Virus record (IMG/VR): IMGVR_UViG_3300027963_000039
Source: a virus
Strand: one strand, 5' to 3'
Length of the DNA stretch: 64,000 nucleotides
Every line of letters starts with the position of its first letter. Positions within the stretch are counted from its first letter, which is position 1. The translations under genes and the position numbers were made by a program. The notes under the pieces are model-generated. The model made no database searches. It had not been told where the DNA came from and saw only the letters and a list, made by a program, of their open reading frames with translations. This document shows positions 17,589 through 27,058 of this stretch, piece after piece.

Positions 17589-18317
17589 ATGTCATCACTA
17601 TCTTTTTTACACCTAGCTTCTGCCAATAAAAAAATATCAACAGGACATATTGTATCAAACATAAGGAAATATCATCCTCATGCATACTACTTTTTAGGTT
17701 CTGATGCAGCTGATGATTTATCTGAAATCGCTGCAACCAACAATTGTGACTATGTTTATTACACAAATAAAATAGGATATCCAAGTTACAAAATCGAAAA
17801 GGTTATTTCGTGGTTAGAGAGATTTCGTTATGCTTGCGAAAAATCAAATACTACACATATTATGATGGTCGAAGATGATGTGTGGATCAAAAAGCCAGTA
17901 ACAGTACTCGATGAATGGGAAATGTCCTGTCATGACATCACACACGGTAATGAAATGCCGCCTCAAGTTATTGATTTGATCGAAAACTTTTCCGGTAAAA
18001 GACCTCTCACAAATTATTATGGCGGCGGTGGAGGTTCAATATATAAAGTAGACACGTTTCTAAACAACTATGAACGTGTATTGGATTGGTTTAAAACTCA
18101 TCATAACGACATTCAAAGTTATTATGAACCGTTTGGTTTTATGGACTGTTATATGGTAGCATACTACATGCTGTGTGGAAAAGATTACAACGTCAATCCA
18201 TACATGACAGATACACACCATCACAGAAATAATGGTTTTGATTGGGATGAATTTGTTGAAACTAGAAAAGAAAATATTGAAATCGTAAATAACTATAAGA
18301 AATATTATTGGGTATGA
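17589..18317 (+). CDS. GT-A-like glycosyltransferase
   Basis: IMMVEDDVW, YGGGGGSI; in glyco cluster. Confidence 0.6.
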   Translation: MSSLSFLHLASANKKISTGHIVSNIRKYHPHAYYFLGSDAADDLSEIAATNNCDYVYYTNKIGYPSYKIEKVISWLERFRYACEKSNTTHIMMVEDDVWIKKPVTVLDEWEMSCHDITHGNEMPPQVIDLIENFSGKRPLTNYYGGGGGSIYKVDTFLNNYERVLDWFKTHHNDIQSYYEPFGFMDCYMVAYYMLCGKDYNVNPYMTDTHHHRNNGFDWDEFVETRKENIEIVNNYKKYYWV

Positions 18318-19108
18318 ATAACATAAGTATCGTTACTGCTTTCTTTGACATTGGTCGAGGTGATTGGACTCCAGACAAAGGATTACCACATTATCTACAA
18401 AGAAGTACAGACACCTATTTTCAAAGATTTGCACACTTAGCCAAATTAGAAAATCACATGGTGGTCTTTACCTCCGAAGAATTTGTTGACAAAATCAAAG
18501 AGCTACGTGGCAGTAGACCGACACAAATACTTCCTTTAGATTTCAAAAATTCTTTTGATAAACTACGTGAAGAAATTTCTAGGGTACAAAAGTTACCACA
18601 GTATCAATCAAAAATCAATCCAAGTCAGGTTAAAAATCCAGAGTATTGGAATGCTGATTACGTGCTTGTAAATTTATTAAAATCATCTTTTGTAACTAAG
18701 GCCATGGAGTTAGGTTATGTACCAACTGAATTGGTTGCATGGATCGATTTTGGTTATTGCAGAGAACCTCTAAAAACTATAGAATGGTCTTACGACTTTA
18801 ATCCAGAGAAGATACATTTCTTCAATATCAAAGATTGGGTTGAGGGTACATACATTCAAGATGTGATTGCAAATAATGATGTTCACATTACAGGACCTTG
18901 TATTGTTGGCGGCAAAAAATGTTGGCCAATATTAGAACATCTTGTACACCACTCTGTAAATGAATTATTGAAAAATGATTTAATTGATGATGATCAAACA
19001 CTACTTTTAATGTCGTATCTATATAAACCACAGATGTTTGATTTACATAAAGTTTCGCCTGATAATTGGTTTGTTGCATTTGAGGATTATAATGAAAGTA
19101 TATCTTAG
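18314..19108 (+). CDS. HtrL/YibB (WlaTC)-family protein
   Basis: SIVTAFFDIGRGDW, NPEYW, AWIDFGY, IDDDQTLL. Confidence 0.8.
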   Translation: MNNISIVTAFFDIGRGDWTPDKGLPHYLQRSTDTYFQRFAHLAKLENHMVVFTSEEFVDKIKELRGSRPTQILPLDFKNSFDKLREEISRVQKLPQYQSKINPSQVKNPEYWNADYVLVNLLKSSFVTKAMELGYVPTELVAWIDFGYCREPLKTIEWSYDFNPEKIHFFNIKDWVEGTYIQDVIANNDVHITGPCIVGGKKCWPILEHLVHHSVNELLKNDLIDDDQTLLLMSYLYKPQMFDLHKVSPDNWFVAFEDYNESIS

Positions 19109-19832
19109 TTCTACCGCCAATCTTGGTGACTTCATCAATGGCATGCCTGTACTTTCGGGCTTACACAAATCTTATGGAAAATTTGAACTTGTCATTAAAG
19201 GTGAAATGAAAAAATTTAATGGTATAAAAGAATTTCTTATGTACCAAGATTTGTTTACTGAAGTTAATTTTGATTCTGATATATGGATGTATGGTTCAAT
19301 CATCAACCTTAGTTCTTGGACCAGAGAAGATAAAAGACATCCTGATAGACCAATCGAGACATGCCGATATGAGAATTGGTTGAAAGAACAATATAGAATG
19401 GAATTTGATGTTGATGATGGTTTTATTGTAAAAACTCCAGAGTTTGACATTGAAATAAAAGATGATTATTACGTTGGTGATCGTTGGGATGTAGGCAACA
19501 TTGATGATCGTAGAGAAACACACATTCTATCACATCTTGACAAATACGAATTTATTGATTACAATAAAACGATGTTGGAGAACGCATACATTATTAAGAA
19601 TCTAAAGAAACCTTTCATCACAAACTTTACTGGTGTTGGCATGCTTGCTGATATGTGTAATGTTCCTTTGTATTGTGTTTGGAAGGCAGAAGATTGGAAA
19701 CCTGAATTCCGTAGAGGTGAGGATGTGTCTTGGGATGATGGTAAAAATATCAACAAAGTCTTTGAGAAACATTTCTATTTAAATCGTCAAGCAAAACTGG
19801 TTCATGCCAAAGACTTAGAAACATTATTATGA
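19092..19832 (+). CDS. GT-B (GT9-like) glycosyltransferase
   Basis: NLGDFINGMPVL, FITNFTGVGMLA. Confidence 0.6.
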   Translation: MKVYLSSTANLGDFINGMPVLSGLHKSYGKFELVIKGEMKKFNGIKEFLMYQDLFTEVNFDSDIWMYGSIINLSSWTREDKRHPDRPIETCRYENWLKEQYRMEFDVDDGFIVKTPEFDIEIKDDYYVGDRWDVGNIDDRRETHILSHLDKYEFIDYNKTMLENAYIIKNLKKPFITNFTGVGMLADMCNVPLYCVWKAEDWKPEFRRGEDVSWDDGKNINKVFEKHFYLNRQAKLVHAKDLETLL

Positions 19833-20518
19833 TTATTAATATTCAGCCAGATACATTTGGTACAATTAGAAATGGTGACATGATTGCTGCAGCGAATGCT
19901 GTTGCTTATCTAAGAAAACAACAACAAAAAGATATCAAATTTTATTTTGAACCAGGATCAATCAGCCCAGCAAAACATTGCCAAGATTTTCACTCTTGGC
20001 TGATTGAACACACAGACTATTTTTCTGCACAAGAGGGTGTTGATAAGTTATTGTGGAAAAAAGTTAATCTTTGGGATTTCAGGGATATATCCGGTGATCT
20101 GGTCAAAATACCAAATCCACACGCAAGAGAAAAAAAGATTGTTATATGTCCAATTTTTGATGCACCATATAACAAATATCGTAATTGGCCAACAGATTTA
20201 TTTTTAGAAATAATTAAAAAGTATGATAAATTTGATGGTCAAAAAATTATAATCAGCGAAAAGAATTTCAATATTGAAGGATGGACCGATAGTACCAATT
20301 TTATAGAGAGTCTGAAACATATCATGACTGCTGAACTATATGTCGGTGGTGATACAGGACTTTCACATTTTGTTGGTGCTTTAGAGGGTGGTCCTGTTCC
20401 AATCTATTATACGTCTAGCCGAGGACTCCTACATACTACTCCATTTTATTGGATGACAGAAAAAAAAGGTATAATGAAAACATATTGGTTAGATTTTGAA
20501 GGGACAAGATGGCAATGA
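19829..20518 (+). CDS. GT9-like glycosyltransferase
   Basis: RNGDMI, RNWP, YVGGDTGLSH. Confidence 0.65.
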   Translation: MIINIQPDTFGTIRNGDMIAAANAVAYLRKQQQKDIKFYFEPGSISPAKHCQDFHSWLIEHTDYFSAQEGVDKLLWKKVNLWDFRDISGDLVKIPNPHAREKKIVICPIFDAPYNKYRNWPTDLFLEIIKKYDKFDGQKIIISEKNFNIEGWTDSTNFIESLKHIMTAELYVGGDTGLSHFVGALEGGPVPIYYTSSRGLLHTTPFYWMTEKKGIMKTYWLDFEGTRWQ

Positions 20519-21522
20519 AAAAAGTATTCATAACAGGTGTTGCAGGATTTTTAGGTAGTCATTTAGCTGATGCATTTTTAGCTAAAGGATATAATGTTGC
20601 TGGTATTGATAATTTATTAGGGGGTTATCGTGATAATGTGCCTGATAGCGTTGAATTTTATGATTGCGATCTATTGCATTTCGACAAACTAAAAAAAATG
20701 ATGAAAGGTTGTGATGTTGTATATCACACAGCCTGTACCGCCTACGAAGGCCTATCTGTATTCTCACCTTCACTTATTGTTCAGAACACAACTCAAATTG
20801 CTGTTAATGCTATGACAGCGGCCATCCAAGCTGGCGTACCAAAGTTTGTACATTGCTCATCGATGGCAAGATATGGTACACAAGAAATTGTTCCGTTTAC
20901 AGAAGATATGACTCCGAAACCGCAAGACCCTTATGGTATTGCCAAGTGGGGTACAGAACTTCTTTTAAAGAATCTGGCAGAAATTCACGGTGTTGAATTA
21001 GTAATTGCAGTACCACATAACATCATTGGTCCTCGTCAGAAGTATGATGACCCGTTCCGAAATGTTGCTAGTATTATGGTCAACCTGATGTTACAAGGCA
21101 GACAACCAATCATTTATGCTGACGGATCACAGACTAGGTGCTTCTCCGATATATCAGATGACGTAGATTGTCTTGTTGAATTTGCAGAGAATCCTAAGGC
21201 GGTTGGAGAGATTTTTAACATCGGTCCTGATGAGAATCCAGTAACTATTTTGGAACTTGCACAAGTAATTTCTGGTCTACTGAACTTCAAGTTGGATCCA
21301 GTATTCATGCCAGGACGACCACAGGAAGTCAAACATGCGAATTGTTCTGCCAATAAAATCAGAGAATTTTTTGGTTACGAAACAAAAACCACTTTGGAAC
21401 AGTCATTACAAAAGCAAATTGACTATATCCAAACACGGGGTACCAAACCTTTTCAGTACCACTTAGACATAGAAATCGTTTCCGATAAGACACCGAAAAC
21501 TTGGACACAGAGATTGTTCTAA
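20515..21522 (+). CDS. NAD-dependent nucleotide-sugar epimerase/dehydratase
   Basis: ITGVAGFLGSHL, YGIAK (YxxxK), NIIGPRQ. Confidence 0.93.
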   Translation: MKKVFITGVAGFLGSHLADAFLAKGYNVAGIDNLLGGYRDNVPDSVEFYDCDLLHFDKLKKMMKGCDVVYHTACTAYEGLSVFSPSLIVQNTTQIAVNAMTAAIQAGVPKFVHCSSMARYGTQEIVPFTEDMTPKPQDPYGIAKWGTELLLKNLAEIHGVELVIAVPHNIIGPRQKYDDPFRNVASIMVNLMLQGRQPIIYADGSQTRCFSDISDDVDCLVEFAENPKAVGEIFNIGPDENPVTILELAQVISGLLNFKLDPVFMPGRPQEVKHANCSANKIREFFGYETKTTLEQSLQKQIDYIQTRGTKPFQYHLDIEIVSDKTPKTWTQRLF

Positions 21523-21594
21523 AAACCCAACAATCGTGAGACTATGTATCTAACCCAATTTTTACACCTTTTAGGTGTGAAAATATGGATGTTG

Positions 21595-21602
21595 TATAAA
21601 TA
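21595..21602 (+). promoter_or_regulatory. T4-type late promoter
   Basis: TATAAATA in intergenic region before 21661. Confidence 0.8.
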
Positions 21603-21660
21603 GTATGTCCATATAACATTTTGGTAACCATAGTGTGATACCAATTCAGTAAGGAAACCC

Positions 21661-22851
21661 ATGTTAACATTCAAAACCTATTTAACGGAAGAAGCCGAAG
21701 AATCTTCCCAACTTAAACATATTCATCATGCTGAAGATAGGCCGTTGATGCATGGCCATGCTGGTTTTGAACACGCATATGGTGCTTTACAAAAAGCTCA
21801 CGAACACATTAAGGCTGGTCAAAAAAGTTCCAACCTGACGATGAAATATGATGGTTCTCCATCAATCGTTTTTGGTCATCATCCAAAAACCGGTAAATTC
21901 TTTGTTGCAACCAAATCAGCGTTCAATAAAAACCCAAAAATTAATTATACAGAAAAAGATGTTGAAAAGAATCACGGACATGCTCCTGGTCTTGCTAAAA
22001 CTCTTAAACATGCACTTAAGCACTTGCCGAAAGTAACACCAAAACACGGTGTTTATCAAGGTGACCTAATGCATCATGCAGAAACAAAGACCTTGCATGA
22101 AGAATATATTGCAGAAGCCAAAGGTGATGTTTCATTCACACCAAACACTATCACCTATACTGCAAAAGGCGAAACAGCAAAGAAGGTTAAAAACTCAAAA
22201 GTAGGTGTTGTCGTTCATCACAAATATGATGATGAAATGAAACACGCTTCACCTAAAGTTGACCATGAAAATTTCAAACAACATAAAGATGTTCATATTC
22301 ACGGTGCAGAACACGACACAAGCAAAGTAAAACATTCAGCTGAAAACGAATCAGGTTTTCACAAGCATATGTCTGCCGCCAAAGAAATACATGATACACA
22401 TGGCCACAAGATGTATGATTCCGTTCACCCAAAACACTCAGGTGAAACTGGCCACCTATCAACCTACATAAACAAGACCGTGCGACATGATGAGGTTCCA
22501 TCTGTAAAAGGATTTAAAGAACATCTGAAAGACGTACATGAAAAGGCAGCTTCTAAAGTTAAAACGGAAAAGGCCAAATCAGAAAAAACTGGTGAGGGCG
22601 CCAAACAAGTTGCCCACGTTGAGAAACACAAAGCACATTATGGTAATTTATTGACTATGCATCATCATTTACATCAAGCAAAGAATCACTTAGTTAAATC
22701 ATTAGAAACACATGAAGGTGATTATGAGCATCATATTGAAGGTAAGAAATCAAAGCCAGAAGGATTCGTTGTACATCACAACAATGAACCTACTAAGTTG
22801 GTCAACCGTGCAGAATTTGCCAAACAAAATCTGTTGAAGGTTAGAAAATGA
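21661..22851 (+). CDS. His-rich capsid-targeted protein with ATP-dependent ligase/capping-type nucleotidyltransferase motifs (DUF6267-like)
   Basis: TMKYDGS (KxDG), YQGDL, PEGFVV, KLV; N-terminus MLTFKTYLTE. Confidence 0.65.
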   Translation: MLTFKTYLTEEAEESSQLKHIHHAEDRPLMHGHAGFEHAYGALQKAHEHIKAGQKSSNLTMKYDGSPSIVFGHHPKTGKFFVATKSAFNKNPKINYTEKDVEKNHGHAPGLAKTLKHALKHLPKVTPKHGVYQGDLMHHAETKTLHEEYIAEAKGDVSFTPNTITYTAKGETAKKVKNSKVGVVVHHKYDDEMKHASPKVDHENFKQHKDVHIHGAEHDTSKVKHSAENESGFHKHMSAAKEIHDTHGHKMYDSVHPKHSGETGHLSTYINKTVRHDEVPSVKGFKEHLKDVHEKAASKVKTEKAKSEKTGEGAKQVAHVEKHKAHYGNLLTMHHHLHQAKNHLVKSLETHEGDYEHHIEGKKSKPEGFVVHHNNEPTKLVNRAEFAKQNLLKVRK

Positions 22852-23537
22852 AAACCTATAAACAATTAATTTGGGAAGTTACCGGACAAGGCGGCCGAGA
22901 TTATGAAACTGTTATCAATGACAAATTAAAAAAACACGGTAAAGCACATCCAGACGCAAAAACTGCTGGTTCATCTGCTGACGCTCCCGATGCAAAGTTT
23001 CACCATAACGGTCAAGAACATAATTTAGAAATCAAAAAAGATAAAGGCGCTATGTTTGGCCAAATTGAATTGCATCATAATGGAAAATCTTGGGATGTTT
23101 CAGAGAAGTCTAAGAAAAAATATCCAGAAACACATAAAGCAATACAAAAAAGTGGTTTCTTAGATAAAGTTAATAAGCATTGGGGCAAACCATCGGGCGA
23201 CTACCATAAAGATTTAAAGATGGGTAATGTATACCATGACCACCACAATGCTGATCCAATCAAATCACATTATGGAAAAGATAGAAAAACAAATTATGTA
23301 CAAATAGGTGGCGGCCATGGACTTTATCATACAGGTCACGATGCTGCAAAATTAGGTTCACCCGAATTACACGGAAGAACACAGATTAGAGCAAGAATGA
23401 AACCAAGAGGATATGATGCAAACGGTAAGAGAACATATGGCGCTCTTGCTGTAATGTCATTGAAAGGTGCAGATAAATCACATCACGATTTGGATGCTGA
23501 ACCACCAAAACCTAATGTTAAAGTTGGCAAGAAATGA
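22848..23537 (+). CDS. His-rich capsid-targeted PD-(D/E)XK nuclease-like protein
   Basis: YE...APDAKF...NLEIK motif; N-terminus MKTYKQLIWE. Confidence 0.6.
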   Translation: MKTYKQLIWEVTGQGGRDYETVINDKLKKHGKAHPDAKTAGSSADAPDAKFHHNGQEHNLEIKKDKGAMFGQIELHHNGKSWDVSEKSKKKYPETHKAIQKSGFLDKVNKHWGKPSGDYHKDLKMGNVYHDHHNADPIKSHYGKDRKTNYVQIGGGHGLYHTGHDAAKLGSPELHGRTQIRARMKPRGYDANGKRTYGALAVMSLKGADKSHHDLDAEPPKPNVKVGKK

Positions 23538-25360
23538 AATCTTTTTTAGATTTAATTAAAGAACAAGAAGAATATGAGAAGCATCATGTGATAACCTTTG
23601 GTCGCATGAATCCGCCTACGACCGGTCATTTAAAATTAATTAATAAAGTTAAAGAGATTGCCAAAAAACACAAGGCATCATATGAAATTATCGTTTCTCA
23701 TTCTCAAGACAGTAAGAAAAATCCATTAAGTTCTGAACAAAAAGTTAAACATTTAACTAGGTACATGGCTTCTCCAAAAATAGAAGAAGCTGTTTCCATC
23801 AAATCGTCAGTACATAAAATTGCATCTAAACCAAAAATTACTGCTGCATCAAAAGAAAAACCAACTATATTACATCACGCAGTAGCATCATATAAGAATG
23901 GAGTAACGCATCTCCACGTTGTTGTTGGATCGGATCGTGTTAAAGAAATGCATGATCTATTGCATAAGTATAATGGCGTTAAAGCTGGTCACGGAGAATA
24001 CCACTTTAAAAGTATAAAAATTCACTCAGCAGGTCATCGTGATCCTGATGCTGAAGGTACAGAGGGTATGTCCGGAAGTAAGATGCGTGAACATGCCAAA
24101 AATAAAGACTTTAAAGAATTTAGAAAAGGCGTTCCTTCCCATGTGTCGGATGAACATGCCAAAGAATTGATGCATGATACACGCAAAGGTATGGGTTTAC
24201 ATGAGAGCCATTATCATGGAATGTTCAAAGCTGTTTTTGTAACTGGTGGTCCTGGCTCTGGAAAAGATGTTGTTATTCGTGAATCTATTCCACTATCAAA
24301 CGCAGTTGAAATAAATTCAGTACAGGCTTTTGAATATCTTGCAGACAAACATACTTTGTCACAAAGAACCTCTGATTTCCGTAGAGAATCGATTCGTAAC
24401 CGTGGTCCATTAATTATCAACGGACCAGCAGATGATATCGAAAGAATTTCTCACATTAAAGAAGAACTAGAAGATTTAGGTTACGATACACTTATGGTGT
24501 TTGTTAACACAACGGATGAAGCCAGTAAAGAAAGAAATTCTAGACTAAAAAGAATGATGAGTGAGTCCATTAGACATGATAAATGGATAAAATCTCAGGA
24601 AAACAAAGACTTTTTCCTTGAAAGGTTCTCATTTTTCAAAGAAATCGATAACAATCAAACAATACAACAGATTGAAGAAGATATTACTGACACATATCAA
24701 TTTATAAATAGGTTCATAAATGATCAATTCTATAGTGATATAGCTACAGATTGGTTTACAAGACGTAATAAATCAAATATATTTGAGGATAAAAATGTTA
24801 AAAGCTATAGTCAATTTTCTAAAATTAAAACCTCGGGTAACCGAGCAGAAGGACCTAGTGATATCCCAGCCGACAATCGAGCAGGAGCCACAGACACCGG
24901 TGACGACATCCGTGGAAACACCTTCCCAAGAAAAAACACAAACAAAACCTACACGTTCAAAACCTACAGCGAAGAAAACAACCCCAAGCTCACCATCAAC
25001 CCGAGCCCCAAGGAAACAAACTTCTCCAAGGACAAAGAAAAAAGTAGATTAAAGAATAAAAGATTCTCTGATTCTCCTACACAAAATCAGAGAATGAGAA
25101 ATGTAACAGGTATAGGTCCAGAATTTGATACTCGCCAGCAGGGAACAGTATATCCCATGTCCGGTCTAGGCGATGTGACTTACCGAGAACAGAAAGAAAT
25201 TATTAGTTTTAGGAAATTTAGAGAAGCGATTGATGATCCAGGAGCTGTTGACATGGGAGTTGGTGGAACACTTAATGGATCAACAAATAAAGAGCCTATG
25301 CAAACTTATAAAGACTCGGATAGAAATATTAACATTCAAATCAAAAAGAAAAAGAAATAA
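23534..25360 (+). CDS. Cytidylyltransferase-like (HIGH/Rossmann NTase) fused to P-loop kinase
   Basis: TFGRMNPPTTGH, VVGSDR, MSGSKMR; second domain VTGGPGSGKD...MVFVNT...ERN. Confidence 0.8.
   Translation: MKSFLDLIKEQEEYEKHHVITFGRMNPPTTGHLKLINKVKEIAKKHKASYEIIVSHSQDSKKNPLSSEQKVKHLTRYMASPKIEEAVSIKSSVHKIASKPKITAASKEKPTILHHAVASYKNGVTHLHVVVGSDRVKEMHDLLHKYNGVKAGHGEYHFKSIKIHSAGHRDPDAEGTEGMSGSKMREHAKNKDFKEFRKGVPSHVSDEHAKELMHDTRKGMGLHESHYHGMFKAVFVTGGPGSGKDVVIRESIPLSNAVEINSVQAFEYLADKHTLSQRTSDFRRESIRNRGPLIINGPADDIERISHIKEELEDLGYDTLMVFVNTTDEASKERNSRLKRMMSESIRHDKWIKSQENKDFFLERFSFFKEIDNNQTIQQIEEDITDTYQFINRFINDQFYSDIATDWFTRRNKSNIFEDKNVKSYSQFSKIKTSGNRAEGPSDIPADNRAGATDTGDDIRGNTFPRKNTNKTYTFKTYSEENNPKLTINPSPKETNFSKDKEKSRLKNKRFSDSPTQNQRMRNVTGIGPEFDTRQQGTVYPMSGLGDVTYREQKEIISFRKFREAIDDPGAVDMGVGGTLNGSTNKEPMQTYKDSDRNINIQIKKKKK
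24703..24710 (+). promoter_or_regulatory. Internal T4-type late promoter
   Basis: TATAAATA within CDS 23534-25360, ~85 nt before the nested ATG. Confidence 0.55.
24795..25052 (+). CDS. Nested overlapping (+1 frame) Thr/Pro/Lys-rich small protein
   Basis: GAGGA RBS, ATG, internal late promoter, local C-rich compositional shift across most of the ORF. Confidence 0.6.
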   Translation: MLKAIVNFLKLKPRVTEQKDLVISQPTIEQEPQTPVTTSVETPSQEKTQTKPTRSKPTAKKTTPSSPSTRAPRKQTSPRTKKKVD

Positions 25361-25372
25361 CGGGAGAAAATT

Positions 25373-27058
25373 ATGTTTGTCAAAAACACCAAAATCGAAT
25401 CTATTGCTGAAGCAGTTAAACAAGTTGTTGAAGCTTCACCTGTAAAAATTCCTACTCCAACAGGAACAAGAGTTCTTGGTACAAGTTATGGAAATTCTGC
25501 AAAGACCCATCGTGATCAAATATCTGATCCTTTTGCTGCTGTTAAAGGTCCAGGTAAAAAAGATTTGGAAAATATTGAGAAACCAAAGAAAAAACAAGAG
25601 AGTTTTTCTGCCTTCACAAACAAATTGCTCAATAGTTTAGAAGAAGATAAACAAATTCAGAAACAGATTGATGAAGTTCTTAAAAAAGATGCATCAGCTG
25701 GTGATTGGATTCACGATTTTGTACATTCAGACAATCCTAAATTTGCAGGTAAATCTAAAGCCGAGCGCAAGAAAATGGCTCTTGGTGCCTACTATGCAAA
25801 ACAAAATGAAGAAGTTGAGCAATTTGACGAAGCAGCCAAGCCTAACGAACTTCATGTAGTCGATGATGGCGTCGGCAGGTATAAAGTCCGTGCCGTTGGA
25901 TCTAACCACGCTCACGATATCAAGGTTGGTGAACATCTAACCAATAAACATCTGGATGATTTCCACGATAAGGGTGTTAGGGTGATGATTCATGATTATT
26001 TTGATGATTCTGCCGAACGGTTGAAACATAAACAGGTTGATGAAGCCAAAAAAGAATCTAAAAAAGATTTTGATGACCGCCAGAAAAGATTGGCTGCAGC
26101 TAGTAGTGAAACTGCAAAAGATCCAGAGCGTTTAAAAAAATTATCGAAGATTCCTGGTTATACTGCTGCAATGGATTTGGCTAAAAAAACAACAAAAGAA
26201 GAAGTTGAGCAGATCGATGAGATCGGTAATACACCAGCCGGCCAAAAAGCACTTCAAGCAGTAAACGATAGAGGCACCAAAGCAATGGATACTTGGAATA
26301 AAAAACCAGAAAGTGGTTATAGTTCTGCACCTAAAAAGACCACACGACAATTTGCGGGGGCAATGAATGCCGACCGTAGACAGCGTGGATTTGGAATTGA
26401 TGCCAGCGCCAAAGGTCGAGCTCAAAGACAGATTGATTATGCAAAAAGGATGCGTGGTGAGGAAGTTGAACAGGTTGATGAAGCAGTAACACGTAAACAC
26501 TTCCAACAAGTTGCAGATTTAATTAAATCGCATGATAATCCAGGTAAACGTAAAGAGTTAGCACAACATCATGCTGAAATCTTTAAACAACAAAATCCAC
26601 GTTTTGACCATGGAAAATTCATGAAAGCTTGTAATGTAAATGAATGGAAAGAAGAAGTTGAACAACAAGACGAAGCTTTGATTGGCAATCAGAAAAAAAT
26701 TGATAAGAACCATAATAACAAAATTGATGCACAAGATTTTAAAATTCTTCGTGGCAAAAAAGTTGATGAAGTTTTAAACCCTTCAAATAAAACTATTGAC
26801 ACATTAGCGGGTCGTAGTAAAAAAGTTCCTGCTGAAGCCAAGTTGGATAATAGCCACACTTCAGCAAAAACTCAATTAAAAGCTGAAGCAAAAACTCCAG
26901 AACATGACGATGTACCTTTTGATCCTCCATACAGAAGAACATCCGATGACGATACAGTAACAGACAAGTCTGGTGCAAAACATACACCAATGTCCCGTGC
27001 TAAACACTTGGCTCAAACGGCATTACAACGTGTAAAGAGTGACCTAAAGGCAAAATAA
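25373..27058 (+). CDS. Modular internal head polyprotein with EEVEQxDE linkers
   Basis: Repeated EEVEQ(F/I/V/Q)DE and K(Q/K)(I/V)DE linkers; EF-hand-like DKNHNNKIDAQD. Confidence 0.65.
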   Translation: MFVKNTKIESIAEAVKQVVEASPVKIPTPTGTRVLGTSYGNSAKTHRDQISDPFAAVKGPGKKDLENIEKPKKKQESFSAFTNKLLNSLEEDKQIQKQIDEVLKKDASAGDWIHDFVHSDNPKFAGKSKAERKKMALGAYYAKQNEEVEQFDEAAKPNELHVVDDGVGRYKVRAVGSNHAHDIKVGEHLTNKHLDDFHDKGVRVMIHDYFDDSAERLKHKQVDEAKKESKKDFDDRQKRLAAASSETAKDPERLKKLSKIPGYTAAMDLAKKTTKEEVEQIDEIGNTPAGQKALQAVNDRGTKAMDTWNKKPESGYSSAPKKTTRQFAGAMNADRRQRGFGIDASAKGRAQRQIDYAKRMRGEEVEQVDEAVTRKHFQQVADLIKSHDNPGKRKELAQHHAEIFKQQNPRFDHGKFMKACNVNEWKEEVEQQDEALIGNQKKIDKNHNNKIDAQDFKILRGKKVDEVLNPSNKTIDTLAGRSKKVPAEAKLDNSHTSAKTQLKAEAKTPEHDDVPFDPPYRRTSDDDTVTDKSGAKHTPMSRAKHLAQTALQRVKSDLKAK

